A program made the position numbers and the translations under genes. Below, piece by piece: positions 35,538 through 46,603 of a stretch of 64,000 bases of DNA; within the stretch, counting starts at the first letter, position 1, and the number at the start of each line of letters is the position of its first letter. Source of the stretch: an uncultured Gammaproteobacteria bacterium. GTDB taxonomy: Bacteria > Patescibacteriota > Microgenomatia > Daviesbacterales > UBA10151. The notes under the pieces are model-generated. The model ran no database searches, was not told the DNA's origin, and saw only the letters and a list, made by a program, of their open reading frames with translations. The stretch covers positions 9,013 through 73,012 of the forward strand of contig CAYOOO010000004.1 in NCBI GenBank assembly GCA_964405655.1. Reading direction: 5' to 3'.

Positions 35538-38451
35538 CTTCTTTCTGCCACCATTTACCAATATTAAAGCTAAGCTTATTTAGCTTCTTAAAGAATACTA
35601 ACCTCATAATCCTGCCTCCTAATAAGTAATCTAATATCAGAATTAAGATTACTGATGTTAAGATTGAATAAAGCAGCGTAAAGGTATCTCCTTTGTAGTT
35701 GAATTCAACCTCAACTGGTTTATCTCGAAGCTGTGTCGGAATCGGAACGTACATAAATCCTGGACCCGTTGGGCCCGCAGCTAGGATTTTTTGACTTTGA
35801 CCATTAATCTTAGCGGTCCAGACTGGCCAAAATTCTTGCCTTAACAGCACTGCTTTGGCATTTTGTGTTTTGATCTTAATCTTGCGGTTGCTGATAAATT
35901 GGGCTTGCGAGGGCGGAGGATCATTTTTTTCCAGCGGAACTAACTGAGCGATTAATGACCTGACAAATTCTCCTTCCTTGATTGATTTATAGACATTGGC
36001 ATGATAGAACAGGTTCATTCCACTCCAAATTACTTTGCCACCCTCAAAAGATCCACTAACAATCAAGGGTGTATTACCGGTTTTTAGTATAACCTCAGTA
36101 TTATTCTTTAAATTCGTTGGTAGTGAAAAGTTCCACTCTTTACCATCTATAACTGGTGGTCCAAAATCTTTTAAATCCCAGCTTGTCCCCAACTCCTCCC
36201 TCTTTGTGCCTTCTATTGGGAAAAAATTCGGCAGGTGAGTATTTTTAGTTTGGAAAACATCACTGCCTGTTTCTACAAAAACTTTGCCACCTTTTTTGAG
36301 ATACTTTTCTATTTTACCCCACCCTGAATTATTATCTCCATCTTTATATCCGTATAATATGACAGCATCCAAATTAAGATTTTCTAAATTAGGAATTTTT
36401 GCAAGTGAGGGGGAAAGCCAGACTGTAACAAGTTTCTGTGAGTTTGTATTAGTTATGGCTAAGCTTCTGTTAAAAGTTTCAAAGCTACTAAACGAGCCGA
36501 TCATGCCAACAACCGAGGCGTTGGTAGCTGATGCAACTGGTGAAGCCAAACCCTCTTTGAATTTATAAAATTTCAGCGCATCGCTATCATCATTAATCCA
36601 TTCCATTTTGCCATCTTTGGTATCGTAAACCTTAACTCTTCCGGCGATAGGAGTTTGCTCTTCTTTTTCAAAAATATTTTTATCCTCGAGTAAGAAGCTG
36701 GATGGCGGGTTGAAAGAGTCACTCCTCTCGTGACCACCTTCGAAAAAGCCTATTGAGAACCAATCAATTAAATATAGCGCGTTGTTTTTAGCAATATCTT
36801 TGGGGTACTTGAAATCATCAACAATCGGATCCCTGCCCTGATTTGAAGCTAAAGCAATATCAGTCCAAAAAAATGACCCTGCCATACCTGAGCCAATTGG
36901 AGAATCGGTATAACCTCTAAACAGTGGCATCTCATAAAAAGTCGGCCACCAAATATTGACTTTCTGGTCAGCGCTATACAGACGGTATTGGTAATCTCGT
37001 ACTGGAAGCCAGGCTGGAACTAGTTTTTGGCTTAATCCTTCAAATTCCTTGCGGTCCTTAAACGGCTTACTAAGTAAGCCAGGGTAAACTCCAGATTTTT
37101 CCCTGAACCTGACAGTATCTAACTGTCTATCAGTAAAATCTTCCAGGGGTTGCTGTTTACTCCAATAAAAATATCCTGATGCCAAAATTACAGCTGTGAA
37201 TGCTATTGCCAGAATACTTTTTGCAGCTAAACTATCAAGGAGGCCGGTCCGCTCTATTAAAGAAGCCCAAAACATCCGGTATCCATAAGCAACACATGCT
37301 CCAAATGCCAAAGGCATTGCCCAAAAAGCTCGATACCATCCTCCCTGAAAGAAAGGTATTCCTATAGAAAGTCCGTAAATTGACAAAAAGGCAAACCCCA
37401 AAAACATTAAAAAAGGGAGCGCACCCAATACTCTAAATCTTTTCTTTGCTATAACTAAACCAATAACCATTAAAGCAATTGCTACTGCAAAAAACGCAAA
37501 AAATATTTCATTTACTTCAACTAAAAACCTCCAAAACTCTTGTCTGTTATAGGCTGCGATTGCTTTAATGGTTTCAATCGGAGTAGTACTGGTAACTGCG
37601 GAACCATAATCAGGATTACTGACAGATCCTGAAAATCTAGTTAGGACAGCATTAATTTGATTTAGAATAAATTTGGGTAATAACAGAATATTCTGTCCAA
37701 AAAATTGTTGTAGCTGAACATAGGATGTTAGGACAACTAAGCCAAGAAAAATTCCTAGGTCTAAAAGCCTTCTTTTAATTGTCGCCTTAATTTTTTCAAA
37801 GTAGCCAAAAGCAATAATTAGAAAAGCAAATAATAAGATGTGTGAAATCAATATCTGCGGGTGAGCCAATGTAGAAAGTCCTGCGACCGCAGCAGAAAGC
37901 ACTAAAAATTTTCTGGTAGTGCTTTGAGTATACAAAACTAAAAAAGCAATCGAAAGCGGTAAAAATGTCATTGTTCCAACATATTGCAAGTTACCTCCCC
38001 AAATAATCGGACCCCAACTGGCTCTGGAATATATACTAAAAAGCGCCAAAACCAAAGATAATGCTTTATTTCTGGAAATGACCCAGAATAAAAAGTAACT
38101 GCTTAGACCAAAAGAAAATAGAGATAGCACAGAATATATTAGAGTTGCTTGTTGAACACCAAAATATGGTACTAATAAAGCATTCAGGTAAAAATGGAGG
38201 GACGGGTAATCGTATGCATACGGATACCCAGCCCAATTAATTGGTTTATAACCTAAGTAACGAGCATCGAAATGACGGGAATAATATGCTACGTTAGATA
38301 CCATGTTATAAAAGTCGACTCCGAGAATAACAGGATGATTGATGTACCAATTAGAAATAGGTAAAAATAGAAATACAAGTAGTGCAATAGCAGATACATG
38401 AGTTGTCAAATGAAATAGAACGCTTGCTACTACTTGTGATAATCTTTTCAT
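35530..38451 (-). CDS. Large GT-C/YfhO-like (PF10131-type) membrane protein, paralog of the downstream gene
   Basis: WAGYPYAYDYPSL, VNIWWP...MPLFRGY, AGPTGPGFMYVP, WWQKEDE tail. Confidence 0.75.
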   Translation of the reverse strand: MKRLSQVVASVLFHLTTHVSAIALLVFLFLPISNWYINHPVILGVDFYNMVSNVAYYSRHFDARYLGYKPINWAGYPYAYDYPSLHFYLNALLVPYFGVQQATLIYSVLSLFSFGLSSYFLFWVISRNKALSLVLALFSIYSRASWGPIIWGGNLQYVGTMTFLPLSIAFLVLYTQSTTRKFLVLSAAVAGLSTLAHPQILISHILLFAFLIIAFGYFEKIKATIKRRLLDLGIFLGLVVLTSYVQLQQFFGQNILLLPKFILNQINAVLTRFSGSVSNPDYGSAVTSTTPIETIKAIAAYNRQEFWRFLVEVNEIFFAFFAVAIALMVIGLVIAKKRFRVLGALPFLMFLGFAFLSIYGLSIGIPFFQGGWYRAFWAMPLAFGACVAYGYRMFWASLIERTGLLDSLAAKSILAIAFTAVILASGYFYWSKQQPLEDFTDRQLDTVRFREKSGVYPGLLSKPFKDRKEFEGLSQKLVPAWLPVRDYQYRLYSADQKVNIWWPTFYEMPLFRGYTDSPIGSGMAGSFFWTDIALASNQGRDPIVDDFKYPKDIAKNNALYLIDWFSIGFFEGGHERSDSFNPPSSFLLEDKNIFEKEEQTPIAGRVKVYDTKDGKMEWINDDSDALKFYKFKEGLASPVASATNASVVGMIGSFSSFETFNRSLAITNTNSQKLVTVWLSPSLAKIPNLENLNLDAVILYGYKDGDNNSGWGKIEKYLKKGGKVFVETGSDVFQTKNTHLPNFFPIEGTKREELGTSWDLKDFGPPVIDGKEWNFSLPTNLKNNTEVILKTGNTPLIVSGSFEGGKVIWSGMNLFYHANVYKSIKEGEFVRSLIAQLVPLEKNDPPPSQAQFISNRKIKIKTQNAKAVLLRQEFWPVWTAKINGQSQKILAAGPTGPGFMYVPIPTQLRDKPVEVEFNYKGDTFTLLYSILTSVILILILDYLLGGRIMRLVFFKKLNKLSFNIGKWWQKEDE

Positions 38452-38557
38452 CAGACAGAATTAATTAAATAATTGTTTTGATAGATTTTCCTCTTCAGTT
38501 GTTATACCATAACAAGATCAAATCTTAAGAGTCAAGTTATATTAATCAGGCTATAGA

Positions 38558-39256
38558 ATGAAGCTTTCTATAATAATTCCGGTTTATAACGAAGAACAAA
38601 CCGTTGGTCAGGTCATATCGAAAATCAGCAAGTTAGAGTTAGGTAAAATTACTAAAGAAATTATTGTTGTTGACGATGCTTCTACAGACAAAAGTAAAAG
38701 CATAATTAATGAACAAAAAAAATTAAATCCCAATACACTTAAGGTCTATATCTCTATAATTAACCTGGGAAAAGGAGCGGCAGTTCGCTTTGGTTTAAAG
38801 TATGCAACTGGGGATATAATCATTATTCAGGATGCGGATTTAGAATTAAATCCAGCGGAATATCCCAAATTGATATCACCAATTATTGAAAATCAAGCTG
38901 ATGTAGTTTATGGCAGCAGGTTTAAGGGTTTTAAAAATGAAAATATTCCTCTTAGAACAATCCTGGCAAATAAATTTCTGGTCATTTTAACTAATATTTT
39001 GTTTAAGGGTCATTTAACAGATATGGAAACCGCTTATAAAGTTTTTAAAAGCTCTATAATAAAAGATGTCAACTTACGCTGTGTCGAATTCGATTTCGAA
39101 GCAGAAGTCACAGCCAAAATTCTTAAGGGTGGGTATAAAATAGTCGAAATTCCGATTGAATATAAACCACGAACTCCGAAAGAGGGTAAGAAAATGACTT
39201 GGCGGCATGGCATTGAGGCGATTTATACATTATTTAAATATCGTTTTTTTGATTAG
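38558..39256 (+). CDS. GT2 polyprenol-phosphate glycosyltransferase (DPM1-like)
   Basis: LSIIIPVYNEE, VVDDASTD, NLGKGAAVR, IQDADLE, VVYGSRF, TDMETAYK. Confidence 0.92.
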   Translation: MKLSIIIPVYNEEQTVGQVISKISKLELGKITKEIIVVDDASTDKSKSIINEQKKLNPNTLKVYISIINLGKGAAVRFGLKYATGDIIIIQDADLELNPAEYPKLISPIIENQADVVYGSRFKGFKNENIPLRTILANKFLVILTNILFKGHLTDMETAYKVFKSSIIKDVNLRCVEFDFEAEVTAKILKGGYKIVEIPIEYKPRTPKEGKKMTWRHGIEAIYTLFKYRFFD

Positions 39257-40495
39257 TAAATTATTTATTATCAAAAGATAGATCGATGTAGCTGCAAAAA
39301 ATAAGCTTCTAGCTAGATTTTGAAGATCTATACCAGGCTTCTGCTGGGGATTTATCATATAAGATGGTGTAAAAGTTTGAGTTACTTGAGGTGTAACATT
39401 CTGGAACAAACCTAAGGTCTTAAGGGGAATAAATAAACCAACTGAAAGATCCGCTGAGGAAAACATGAGAATTATCAACCAGCAGCCAAATAAAATAGCT
39501 GGCAAATAAAAGTTCTTCAACTTACTTAAAACCAGCTCAATAACTATAAATGGAGTAACCCACAAAAACCACTGAACATGGATCTTAATTAGGCTAAACA
39601 AAATCAGTAATGTGCTTAAATAACCTTGCCAAAGCTTAACTGTTTGAGCCTTAAAAAAGAAGAACAGGTAATACATTAGAAGAATAGTAATTACAGGAAA
39701 GATCACAAAGTCTTCAGCAAGAAAAATCTTACTTTCTAAAATTCTTAAATTATAAGGAGAAAATAGGACCATCTGCTCAAAACCAGCAGAATTTAAAAAA
39801 GGCCAAATAGTGAATACTATTGGGGCTAAACCTAAAAATAGATAATAAATTTTATTCCAATTATTTTTAACTGGGATTAGAAGCATTAAAGGCAAAAAGA
39901 GCAAACCAAAAAATTTATATGCTCCGCCTACCCCAATTGCCAAACAGGCAAGCGCCAATCTTTTTCTACTGGCAAGATATAGTCCTAAAACTGCAAAAAA
40001 AGTGGGGATTAAGTCCAAATTCCCCAAGGCCAAAAGATAATAAGATAATGGGTTGAACAGCCAAAGAAGTAAAGCAAGTCTCTTTTGAACAAGGCTCTTA
40101 AAATATTTCCAAATTAAATATCCTGTTCCTAAATCAAAAAATAAATATATGAGCTTGTACCAGAATATATGCCAGATAACGTCCGTTCGATTATAAATTC
40201 CAAATAGGTTATTAGTCATACTGTCCAAAAAGCTTTGACTTGTAAATGGACTAATTATCTTTGTCCAGATTGCAAAAGTATATAAAGTTAACGGCGGATA
40301 TGGGAAAAAGGAAGTGGTAAAACTTTTAACTAAATTATGATCTTTAGGCAGTGATAAGTAAAAATCATAGATATTAAATATTCCCTTATCTGCAAATAAG
40401 TGGGAGGCGATGACTATATCCCATAAATCTGAATGAGCTGTAATAGACAGCAAAATAACTTTTAAAACTATTGCAAATATAATTGCTTTTTTCAT
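39230..40495 (-). CDS. GT-C membrane glycosyltransferase (GT87/PIG-M-like)
   Basis: FPYPPL, WLFNPL, GNLDLIP, HVQWFLW; polytopic. Confidence 0.75.
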   Translation of the reverse strand: MKKAIIFAIVLKVILLSITAHSDLWDIVIASHLFADKGIFNIYDFYLSLPKDHNLVKSFTTSFFPYPPLTLYTFAIWTKIISPFTSQSFLDSMTNNLFGIYNRTDVIWHIFWYKLIYLFFDLGTGYLIWKYFKSLVQKRLALLLWLFNPLSYYLLALGNLDLIPTFFAVLGLYLASRKRLALACLAIGVGGAYKFFGLLFLPLMLLIPVKNNWNKIYYLFLGLAPIVFTIWPFLNSAGFEQMVLFSPYNLRILESKIFLAEDFVIFPVITILLMYYLFFFFKAQTVKLWQGYLSTLLILFSLIKIHVQWFLWVTPFIVIELVLSKLKNFYLPAILFGCWLIILMFSSADLSVGLFIPLKTLGLFQNVTPQVTQTFTPSYMINPQQKPGIDLQNLARSLFFAATSIYLLIINNLLIKKTIFK

Positions 40496-40496
40496 C

Positions 40497-41366
40497 TTAT
40501 GAATTCCTGGCTATGAGCCCAATACTTCCGACTGGGAATGGAATTTTAAAATCAAGCCAGTTTGGAAACCTTAAGTATCTTAAATAGGCAAATTTTCTAC
40601 CACCATAAGCGATAGTCAAGGTAATCAGTTGTTTAAGCGAATACCAGCGAATATCATCAGAATAAAAATCTATATCCTTGAAGTTAGACTTTAACAGAGC
40701 AATTTTAAGAGCCTTTTCGTTCCAGAAGGTTAAATGCTCCTGATGTTTATAAGAAAACCAGTTATTCTTTAATAATTTTTTCCACAAGCTTTCTGAGTTT
40801 GGGGTAGTTATTAACACTATCCCATTTGGTCTTAAAATTCTAGATAAATTTTTAAGAAAAGTTATTGGATATTTTATATGTTCAATTGTTTGGAATAAGA
40901 CAACAGCATCATAGTTTTTCTCTTTAAGAGAAACATCTCCGACCTCCCCAATTAATACTTTTACTTGATATCTTTTCCAAGCCATTTTTTTTGCTGATTT
41001 ATTTATATCTATGCCCAAAACTTGGTAATTATTTTTCCGAGCCAAATGTAAAAATACGCCTATACCACAACCCACTTCTATTAGTCTCCCCCTATTGGGA
41101 AGATATTTATTTAATCTTCTTAATTGGTCACTAAAATAAACTTCAAAGGAGCTTAGAAACAAATCATAATCTGGGTAACCTTTAGTCAGGCTTTCTTTTT
41201 GACTAAAGTAATCTCTTGTATAGATTTTCTTAATCTGCTGATCACTAGGAAGAGAATCTCTCCACTCTAAATGGCAGTTTTGACAGACTTTAATTTTCTC
41301 TTTATTAGTAAGATTTTTTGTCAAAATCTTACTCCCCTCACAAACAATACACTGACTATTCTTCAC
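40497..41366 (-). CDS. SAM methyltransferase with N-terminal zinc ribbon
   Basis: CIVC...CQNC, LIEVGCGIG, QTIEH, TTPN, EHLTFW. Confidence 0.88.
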   Translation of the reverse strand: MKNSQCIVCEGSKILTKNLTNKEKIKVCQNCHLEWRDSLPSDQQIKKIYTRDYFSQKESLTKGYPDYDLFLSSFEVYFSDQLRRLNKYLPNRGRLIEVGCGIGVFLHLARKNNYQVLGIDINKSAKKMAWKRYQVKVLIGEVGDVSLKEKNYDAVVLFQTIEHIKYPITFLKNLSRILRPNGIVLITTPNSESLWKKLLKNNWFSYKHQEHLTFWNEKALKIALLKSNFKDIDFYSDDIRWYSLKQLITLTIAYGGRKFAYLRYLRFPNWLDFKIPFPVGSIGLIARNS

Positions 41367-43063
41367 TTCTCCTCCTGCTTTAGCTGATAAATACTGATAA
41401 CTGGCCCAAATTGAATATCTTTTAAAAACTTAACTTTATCTAAAGCTTGATAGTCAACTCTCCATCCATGAGGATCATTATCAAAAACAAATGTCGGAGT
41501 AAACTGATTAACTAAAAGGTAATTTTTATTAAGTGAGCTCAAAAAAGTTTTATCAAAGCCTTGATTATCTCTATGAGCCCAGCTTGAGACTATTAAATAT
41601 TCTACCCCTTGAACTTGATAAGAGTCTGTATCAACAATTTTTTGATTGCTGGTTTGGTCCAAAGTTGGCACTCCTATCAGATCATAACCAACCTTATCCT
41701 GACTTACTTCTAGTGTTGCCAGTAAATTTTGGGCAGGTAAGCCTAAACTTTGAGCTTGATTGTAAAGCGCTAAAAGTCTGAACTTACTTAAAACTAGTGG
41801 CGGGCCTTCAAAAGATGGAACGCTATCCCCGACCGCTCCCTCAACTACTATTTTGGAATTTGCAGGTATATTTTTTTCAATCCAGTTCTTTGAAATAGTC
41901 CTGGTATCTGGTTGGGAGATCAAAAAGTCAAACTTTAAGGTTCTTATTAAGTTATTACTGCTTATTAGAATAATTATTATGAGTATTAGATAAAAGTTTT
42001 TAACGATTCGCCAAAGAAAGACTGCTGAAGTTAAAGATAAAAAGGGTATCATCGCCACAGCCCATCTGGGAAAATTACCTCCAGCTAAAATAATTCCCAA
42101 GAAAATAGTTAAAACTGAAAATGAAGCTATAAACGCTTTTTTCCCTAGTTTACCTGAGATACTAGTGATTAAAGCTAACAGGTAAATAAATGAACTACTC
42201 AAACCAAAGGCTGGGAAAAGCTGATCTTTAATATAGCCAAACCAGACCGGCTGATAATTTAGGCTTGGCCCAATCATTCTATGCTTCAAAACTAAGTCAA
42301 TGTTAGATTGTATGAATCTTTGGCTGTCTAAAATAATATAGGGATTAGTAGCTATATAAGCTAGAATAGACAAAACCAGTACGCCAATTAACTCTTTTAT
42401 GTTTATTTTTTTAAAAAAATACAGTAATAGAACAATCAAACTAATGGGAAAGTAGATAATTTTAGTTGAGACAGCCAAACCTAAAGATATTCCTAAAAAA
42501 ATTAATGAACGTTTCCTTTCTTTGACTGTTTCAAAGACTTTTAGAACAAAATAAAAAGTTACCAGCAAGAATAATGAAGATAGTGTCTCTTCTTTTATAT
42601 AATGAGATTCTTTAGTAAATAAAAAACTGGAAGATAACAAAAACAGGGCTGTTAAAGCAGTCTTTTGGCCGAAAAAACGGTTTCCAATCACTAGAACCAG
42701 ACTGGCACAACCTAAGCTTACTAAAAGTGAAAAAATCCTTCCCAGGATTATAAAAATGGTTGGGTCTGAAAGATAAGCCACATAGAAACTAAAAGGAGAG
42801 TGATAAATCCCCAAGATCAAGCCTAAAATATATTGAATAAAAAAAACGGGAATTAGAAGGTATGAAAGTAAGATCGGGTGAAGGTAGGTATCAGGCTTAA
42901 GAAAGTTGGAAGCTGCATAAAAGGCTGAATAGATTAGCTTGCCCTCATCAGGGTGATAGATAAAAGGCAAACCAAAATTAATCCCCCATATTCTGGAGAT
43001 TAAAAACCAAAAAAATATGGCCAATATAACTTTGTTAATTTTGAACCTGTGTAATTTGACCAT
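41363..43063 (-). CDS. GT-C membrane glycosyltransferase (ArnT/PMT-like)
   Basis: GLPFIYHPDE, DTRTISKNWIEKNIP; many TM helices. Confidence 0.8.
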   Translation of the reverse strand: MVKLHRFKINKVILAIFFWFLISRIWGINFGLPFIYHPDEGKLIYSAFYAASNFLKPDTYLHPILLSYLLIPVFFIQYILGLILGIYHSPFSFYVAYLSDPTIFIILGRIFSLLVSLGCASLVLVIGNRFFGQKTALTALFLLSSSFLFTKESHYIKEETLSSLFLLVTFYFVLKVFETVKERKRSLIFLGISLGLAVSTKIIYFPISLIVLLLYFFKKINIKELIGVLVLSILAYIATNPYIILDSQRFIQSNIDLVLKHRMIGPSLNYQPVWFGYIKDQLFPAFGLSSSFIYLLALITSISGKLGKKAFIASFSVLTIFLGIILAGGNFPRWAVAMIPFLSLTSAVFLWRIVKNFYLILIIIILISSNNLIRTLKFDFLISQPDTRTISKNWIEKNIPANSKIVVEGAVGDSVPSFEGPPLVLSKFRLLALYNQAQSLGLPAQNLLATLEVSQDKVGYDLIGVPTLDQTSNQKIVDTDSYQVQGVEYLIVSSWAHRDNQGFDKTFLSSLNKNYLLVNQFTPTFVFDNDPHGWRVDYQALDKVKFLKDIQFGPVISIYQLKQEEK

Positions 43064-44576
43064 TTTTATAAATTAAAATCAGATCTTTTGAGGAAACAAA
43101 ATCTGATAGAAAATCCACTGTTAGAGTATTTTTGTCTAAAAGTCTGGCTGTAAAATATTCATTACTAACCACTGCTTGTCCATTTGAGTTGATCTGAGGA
43201 TGAAAGAGTACAAAACCAGATTCGCTTTCTAAGCTTAAACTGCGAGCATTCAAAAAACTGTAACTTGAGCTTACTCCAACTGGACTTGGTGTTAAGATAA
43301 TCTGGCTTAAAAGTTCTTGTCCTACCATAAACTCGACTGCTTCCTTAAGGTGAGTCCTGTAGATAATGGCCCCGTTAATACTATCTGGAATGTTAATCAG
43401 AAAAACTCTATCTATAGTCCTTGGCATATCTTTTAAAAGTAATAATAGTTGGTCAGCTATCTGCTTGGAATAAAGACCAGCTATTTTCCAGTTGTAATTC
43501 TGATTGTAAATATAGAAGGAACTTAATAATACATAGCAAGAAATAGCCATCCAAAAAAATACACGCAATGTTTTCTTGTATTTTTGTAGATGGAAACTAG
43601 CTAATTTTATTATTAAAAAAGAAAGCATGATGGAAATAAACACGCCTGGTAGATAAAGTTGTCGAAGTTGTGTTGGTGTATTGGCTGTCGGCAAAAAAGA
43701 AATCCCGATGAGGAGATAAAGCAATAAAGATATTGATTTGAGTGAGAATTTTCCTAAAAACAACAGTCCAAGAAACCCAACTAAATAAATTACAAATACA
43801 TTGGAAAGAGCAATAATTTTCAGATGAGGTGCAAGCGAGTAAGGATTTAAAGTGCCTAAGGCTAAAAATCTTAAAAGGAAGTAAAAGAGAAATACTAATA
43901 TCAAGCTTAAAAAGATATGTCTGTATTTCAAAAGTAACTTACTTATTACTTTCTTTTTGTCTAAAATTAAGACTATAACCAGAGAAGCTACGGGAAAAGT
44001 AACAGCAGATTCCTTGCTAAATAAAGCCAGAAGAAAAAGGATCCAGGTAACTAAAAGCCACAACTTTTTCTTCGATTCGACGTACTGTATTAGAGTAATT
44101 AAAGCAGCTAGATAAAAAGTAGTAACTAGCAAATCATATCTGCCTCCGACGCTCCAGGCTATTGCTTCAGTCTGGAAAGGAAAGATGGTAAAAAGTAAGC
44201 TTGAAGTAGCAGCCAAAAAAACATTTTTTTTAAATAGTAAATATACAAATAAGCTAACTAAGGCTATGTTAATAAGATGAAAAATTAAACTTGTTAAATG
44301 AAAAATTACAGGTGTCATTCCTAACAAAACAGTATCTAGCCAAACCGTCCAACCTACCATGGGTCTAAAGTAAGGCGGTAAAGAGATGCCTGCAAGATCT
44401 GGAGGTAGAAATAAGCGAAAAGAGTTGATTAAATCCAAACCTCTTACCCTAGTCCACCATTCATAGTCTTCTCCTACAAAATAAGCATCTAAAATTCGCT
44501 GGTATAAAAATACTGCCACTAAACAAGATGCAACGACACATAAGAGTAGGTTTCTTTTTTTAGCTGAATCCACCAT
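43035..44576 (-). CDS. GT-C membrane glycosyltransferase (TMTC-like core)
   Basis: GEDY, YFRPM, FHLTSLIFH, EAIAW..GRYD, LALFSKESAV, RQLYLP. Confidence 0.8.
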   Translation of the reverse strand: MVDSAKKRNLLLCVVASCLVAVFLYQRILDAYFVGEDYEWWTRVRGLDLINSFRLFLPPDLAGISLPPYFRPMVGWTVWLDTVLLGMTPVIFHLTSLIFHLINIALVSLFVYLLFKKNVFLAATSSLLFTIFPFQTEAIAWSVGGRYDLLVTTFYLAALITLIQYVESKKKLWLLVTWILFLLALFSKESAVTFPVASLVIVLILDKKKVISKLLLKYRHIFLSLILVFLFYFLLRFLALGTLNPYSLAPHLKIIALSNVFVIYLVGFLGLLFLGKFSLKSISLLLYLLIGISFLPTANTPTQLRQLYLPGVFISIMLSFLIIKLASFHLQKYKKTLRVFFWMAISCYVLLSSFYIYNQNYNWKIAGLYSKQIADQLLLLLKDMPRTIDRVFLINIPDSINGAIIYRTHLKEAVEFMVGQELLSQIILTPSPVGVSSSYSFLNARSLSLESESGFVLFHPQINSNGQAVVSNEYFTARLLDKNTLTVDFLSDFVSSKDLILIYKNGQITQVQN

Positions 44577-45444
44577 CCCAGATATATTTGTCAGTAGAAG
44601 AGTTTGGTGACTTAGGACTTACTTTAAAAAAACCTCTAATAATCTTATATATTTGAATAGGCAAAAATAAGACCGGATTTAGGATTGGATGTTTAAATAG
44701 AAGTCTGTTAAACCAGTAGCGCCAGAGAAAGCTTTTACTGGCATATTTTTTTAATAATTCAAAAGTTTCTTCGCTGATCTCTTTTGATTTAGTAAATATT
44801 ATATTGTTATTGTGTAATCTGGCATAAAAAAGTTTAATTCGGCAAAATCTGACTACACAGTGACTGGCGATACATAAAGCTAGAAAAGAAGTATCCGAAA
44901 TCCAAGTAAGCGGTAACAAGCCTACTCTGGCTAAAATGCTTTTTCTAAAAATCATACCGATGCCAGCTCCACCATAGTTAAATAGATCTTCAACCTTGCT
45001 TCCATAATTTGTCCCAATCGGAGGATATAAAATTATTCTACTTTTGTTATCTAAATTATAAAAAACGCCTCCACAGACTAATACATCCACTTCTGGATGA
45101 CTTTCTAAAATATCAATTGCTTTCTCTAAACTTTTAGGGTAGATAAGGTCATCATCAGATAAAGGCTTAATATATTTACCATGGGAGACTAGTATGGCTT
45201 TATTGGTAGCATGGGTTGGACTGATATCTGGTTCAGAAATAAATAAGTCTATGAAATCAGAATTATTTCTAATAATTTGCAGACTATTATCAGCTGATCC
45301 TCCATCAACTACAATAAGCTCGTCATTTTTCTTTTTATATTGTTTTATATTTTTAAGTGCTTGATTTAAGGCTTTTGCCCGATTTTTGGTGGCAAGAATA
45401 AATGTGACCCTCTTTTTGAGTTTGCCTTCAAAACTATAATCCAT
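44560..45444 (-). CDS. GT2 glycosyltransferase
   Basis: ILATKNRA, VVDGGSAD, SEPD, LSDDD. Confidence 0.88.
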   Translation of the reverse strand: MDYSFEGKLKKRVTFILATKNRAKALNQALKNIKQYKKKNDELIVVDGGSADNSLQIIRNNSDFIDLFISEPDISPTHATNKAILVSHGKYIKPLSDDDLIYPKSLEKAIDILESHPEVDVLVCGGVFYNLDNKSRIILYPPIGTNYGSKVEDLFNYGGAGIGMIFRKSILARVGLLPLTWISDTSFLALCIASHCVVRFCRIKLFYARLHNNNIIFTKSKEISEETFELLKKYASKSFLWRYWFNRLLFKHPILNPVLFLPIQIYKIIRGFFKVSPKSPNSSTDKYIWDGGFS

Positions 45445-45446
45445 AC

Positions 45447-46598
45447 TTAAAATAACTGGCGATATAATTGTTCAATTTTACTCCCTATAATATTCGAATT
45501 GTATCTACTCCTAGATCTGATAAAGGCTTTTTTTGCCAGTTCGGATCTTAAAGATTTACTATCTATCAACTTACTCATTTTCTTGACTAAATCTTGACCA
45601 TTTCCCTCCTGAAAAAATAAACCACAACTGCCCACTACCTCTCGAGTAACTTCAGTATCAGAAACAATGATAGGTAGACCAGACGCCATTGCTTCAACCA
45701 AAACCATCCCATATTGCTCTTCCCAGTCTTCTTGGCGTTCACTTGCTAGTATAAAAATATCTGCCAAGTTATATACTTCTGGCATCTTAGAGTATGGCAA
45801 TAAACCTAAGAAGTGAACATGATCACCAAGACCTAGCCTATTAGCTAGCTCCTTGAGTCTATTTTCTATTGCACCCTGACCTGCTAAGATCAATTTAAAG
45901 TCTACCTTGTACTTGGGTAAAGCAGCAACTGCCTTTATTAAGGTTTTAAATCCCTTTGCTTCAACCATCCTACCAATAGATAAAAGGACGGTCTGATCAC
46001 TATTTATTTTAAGCCTTCTTCTTAGCTTAGGGATGCCATTTATATCGGGTTTAAAAAGGTTTAAATCTACTCCCATGGGAATTAATTTAACTTTACTAGG
46101 ATCAGCTCCCTCGGCTATTAAAGTATTTTTGGCTTTGGTTGTCGGAACAACAAAACAATCAACACCTCTTATTACTTTTGCTTTAATATTAATTTGCTGT
46201 CTATAACTTTCATGACTTTTGGGAATAGTCTCCCAGACTGTGGCGACAACTTTTTTTATCATCCCCTTCTCTTTAGCTTTGACTGCCTGCCAGCTATAAC
46301 CATTATAAACTTCTGCAACATGGGCTATATCAAAGCCTTTGATAGATTTTTCCAGATTTATCAGAAATAAAGGACTTCCCAAGATTTGATATAAAAACTC
46401 TATTCCCAAAGGTATTTTACTAGCTATCTCGCCTAAGCAATGTAGATACCTTATGGGAATTTTTAACTCATCAGTTGCTAAGCTAGATTTAACCCCTTTT
46501 GACCCAATTGCCAGGATCTTGTTTTTTGCTCCAAGAGATTGGTAATTTACCATTTCCCACTTATTTAAAGAAGGCCCTCTGATAATTGCAATTTTCAT
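45447..46598 (-). CDS. GT4 glycosyltransferase
   Basis: IGRMVEAKG, WEEQYGMVLVEAMASGLP. Confidence 0.9.
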   Translation of the reverse strand: MKIAIIRGPSLNKWEMVNYQSLGAKNKILAIGSKGVKSSLATDELKIPIRYLHCLGEIASKIPLGIEFLYQILGSPLFLINLEKSIKGFDIAHVAEVYNGYSWQAVKAKEKGMIKKVVATVWETIPKSHESYRQQINIKAKVIRGVDCFVVPTTKAKNTLIAEGADPSKVKLIPMGVDLNLFKPDINGIPKLRRRLKINSDQTVLLSIGRMVEAKGFKTLIKAVAALPKYKVDFKLILAGQGAIENRLKELANRLGLGDHVHFLGLLPYSKMPEVYNLADIFILASERQEDWEEQYGMVLVEAMASGLPIIVSDTEVTREVVGSCGLFFQEGNGQDLVKKMSKLIDSKSLRSELAKKAFIRSRSRYNSNIIGSKIEQLYRQLF

Positions 46599-46603
46599 AT
46601 CTT

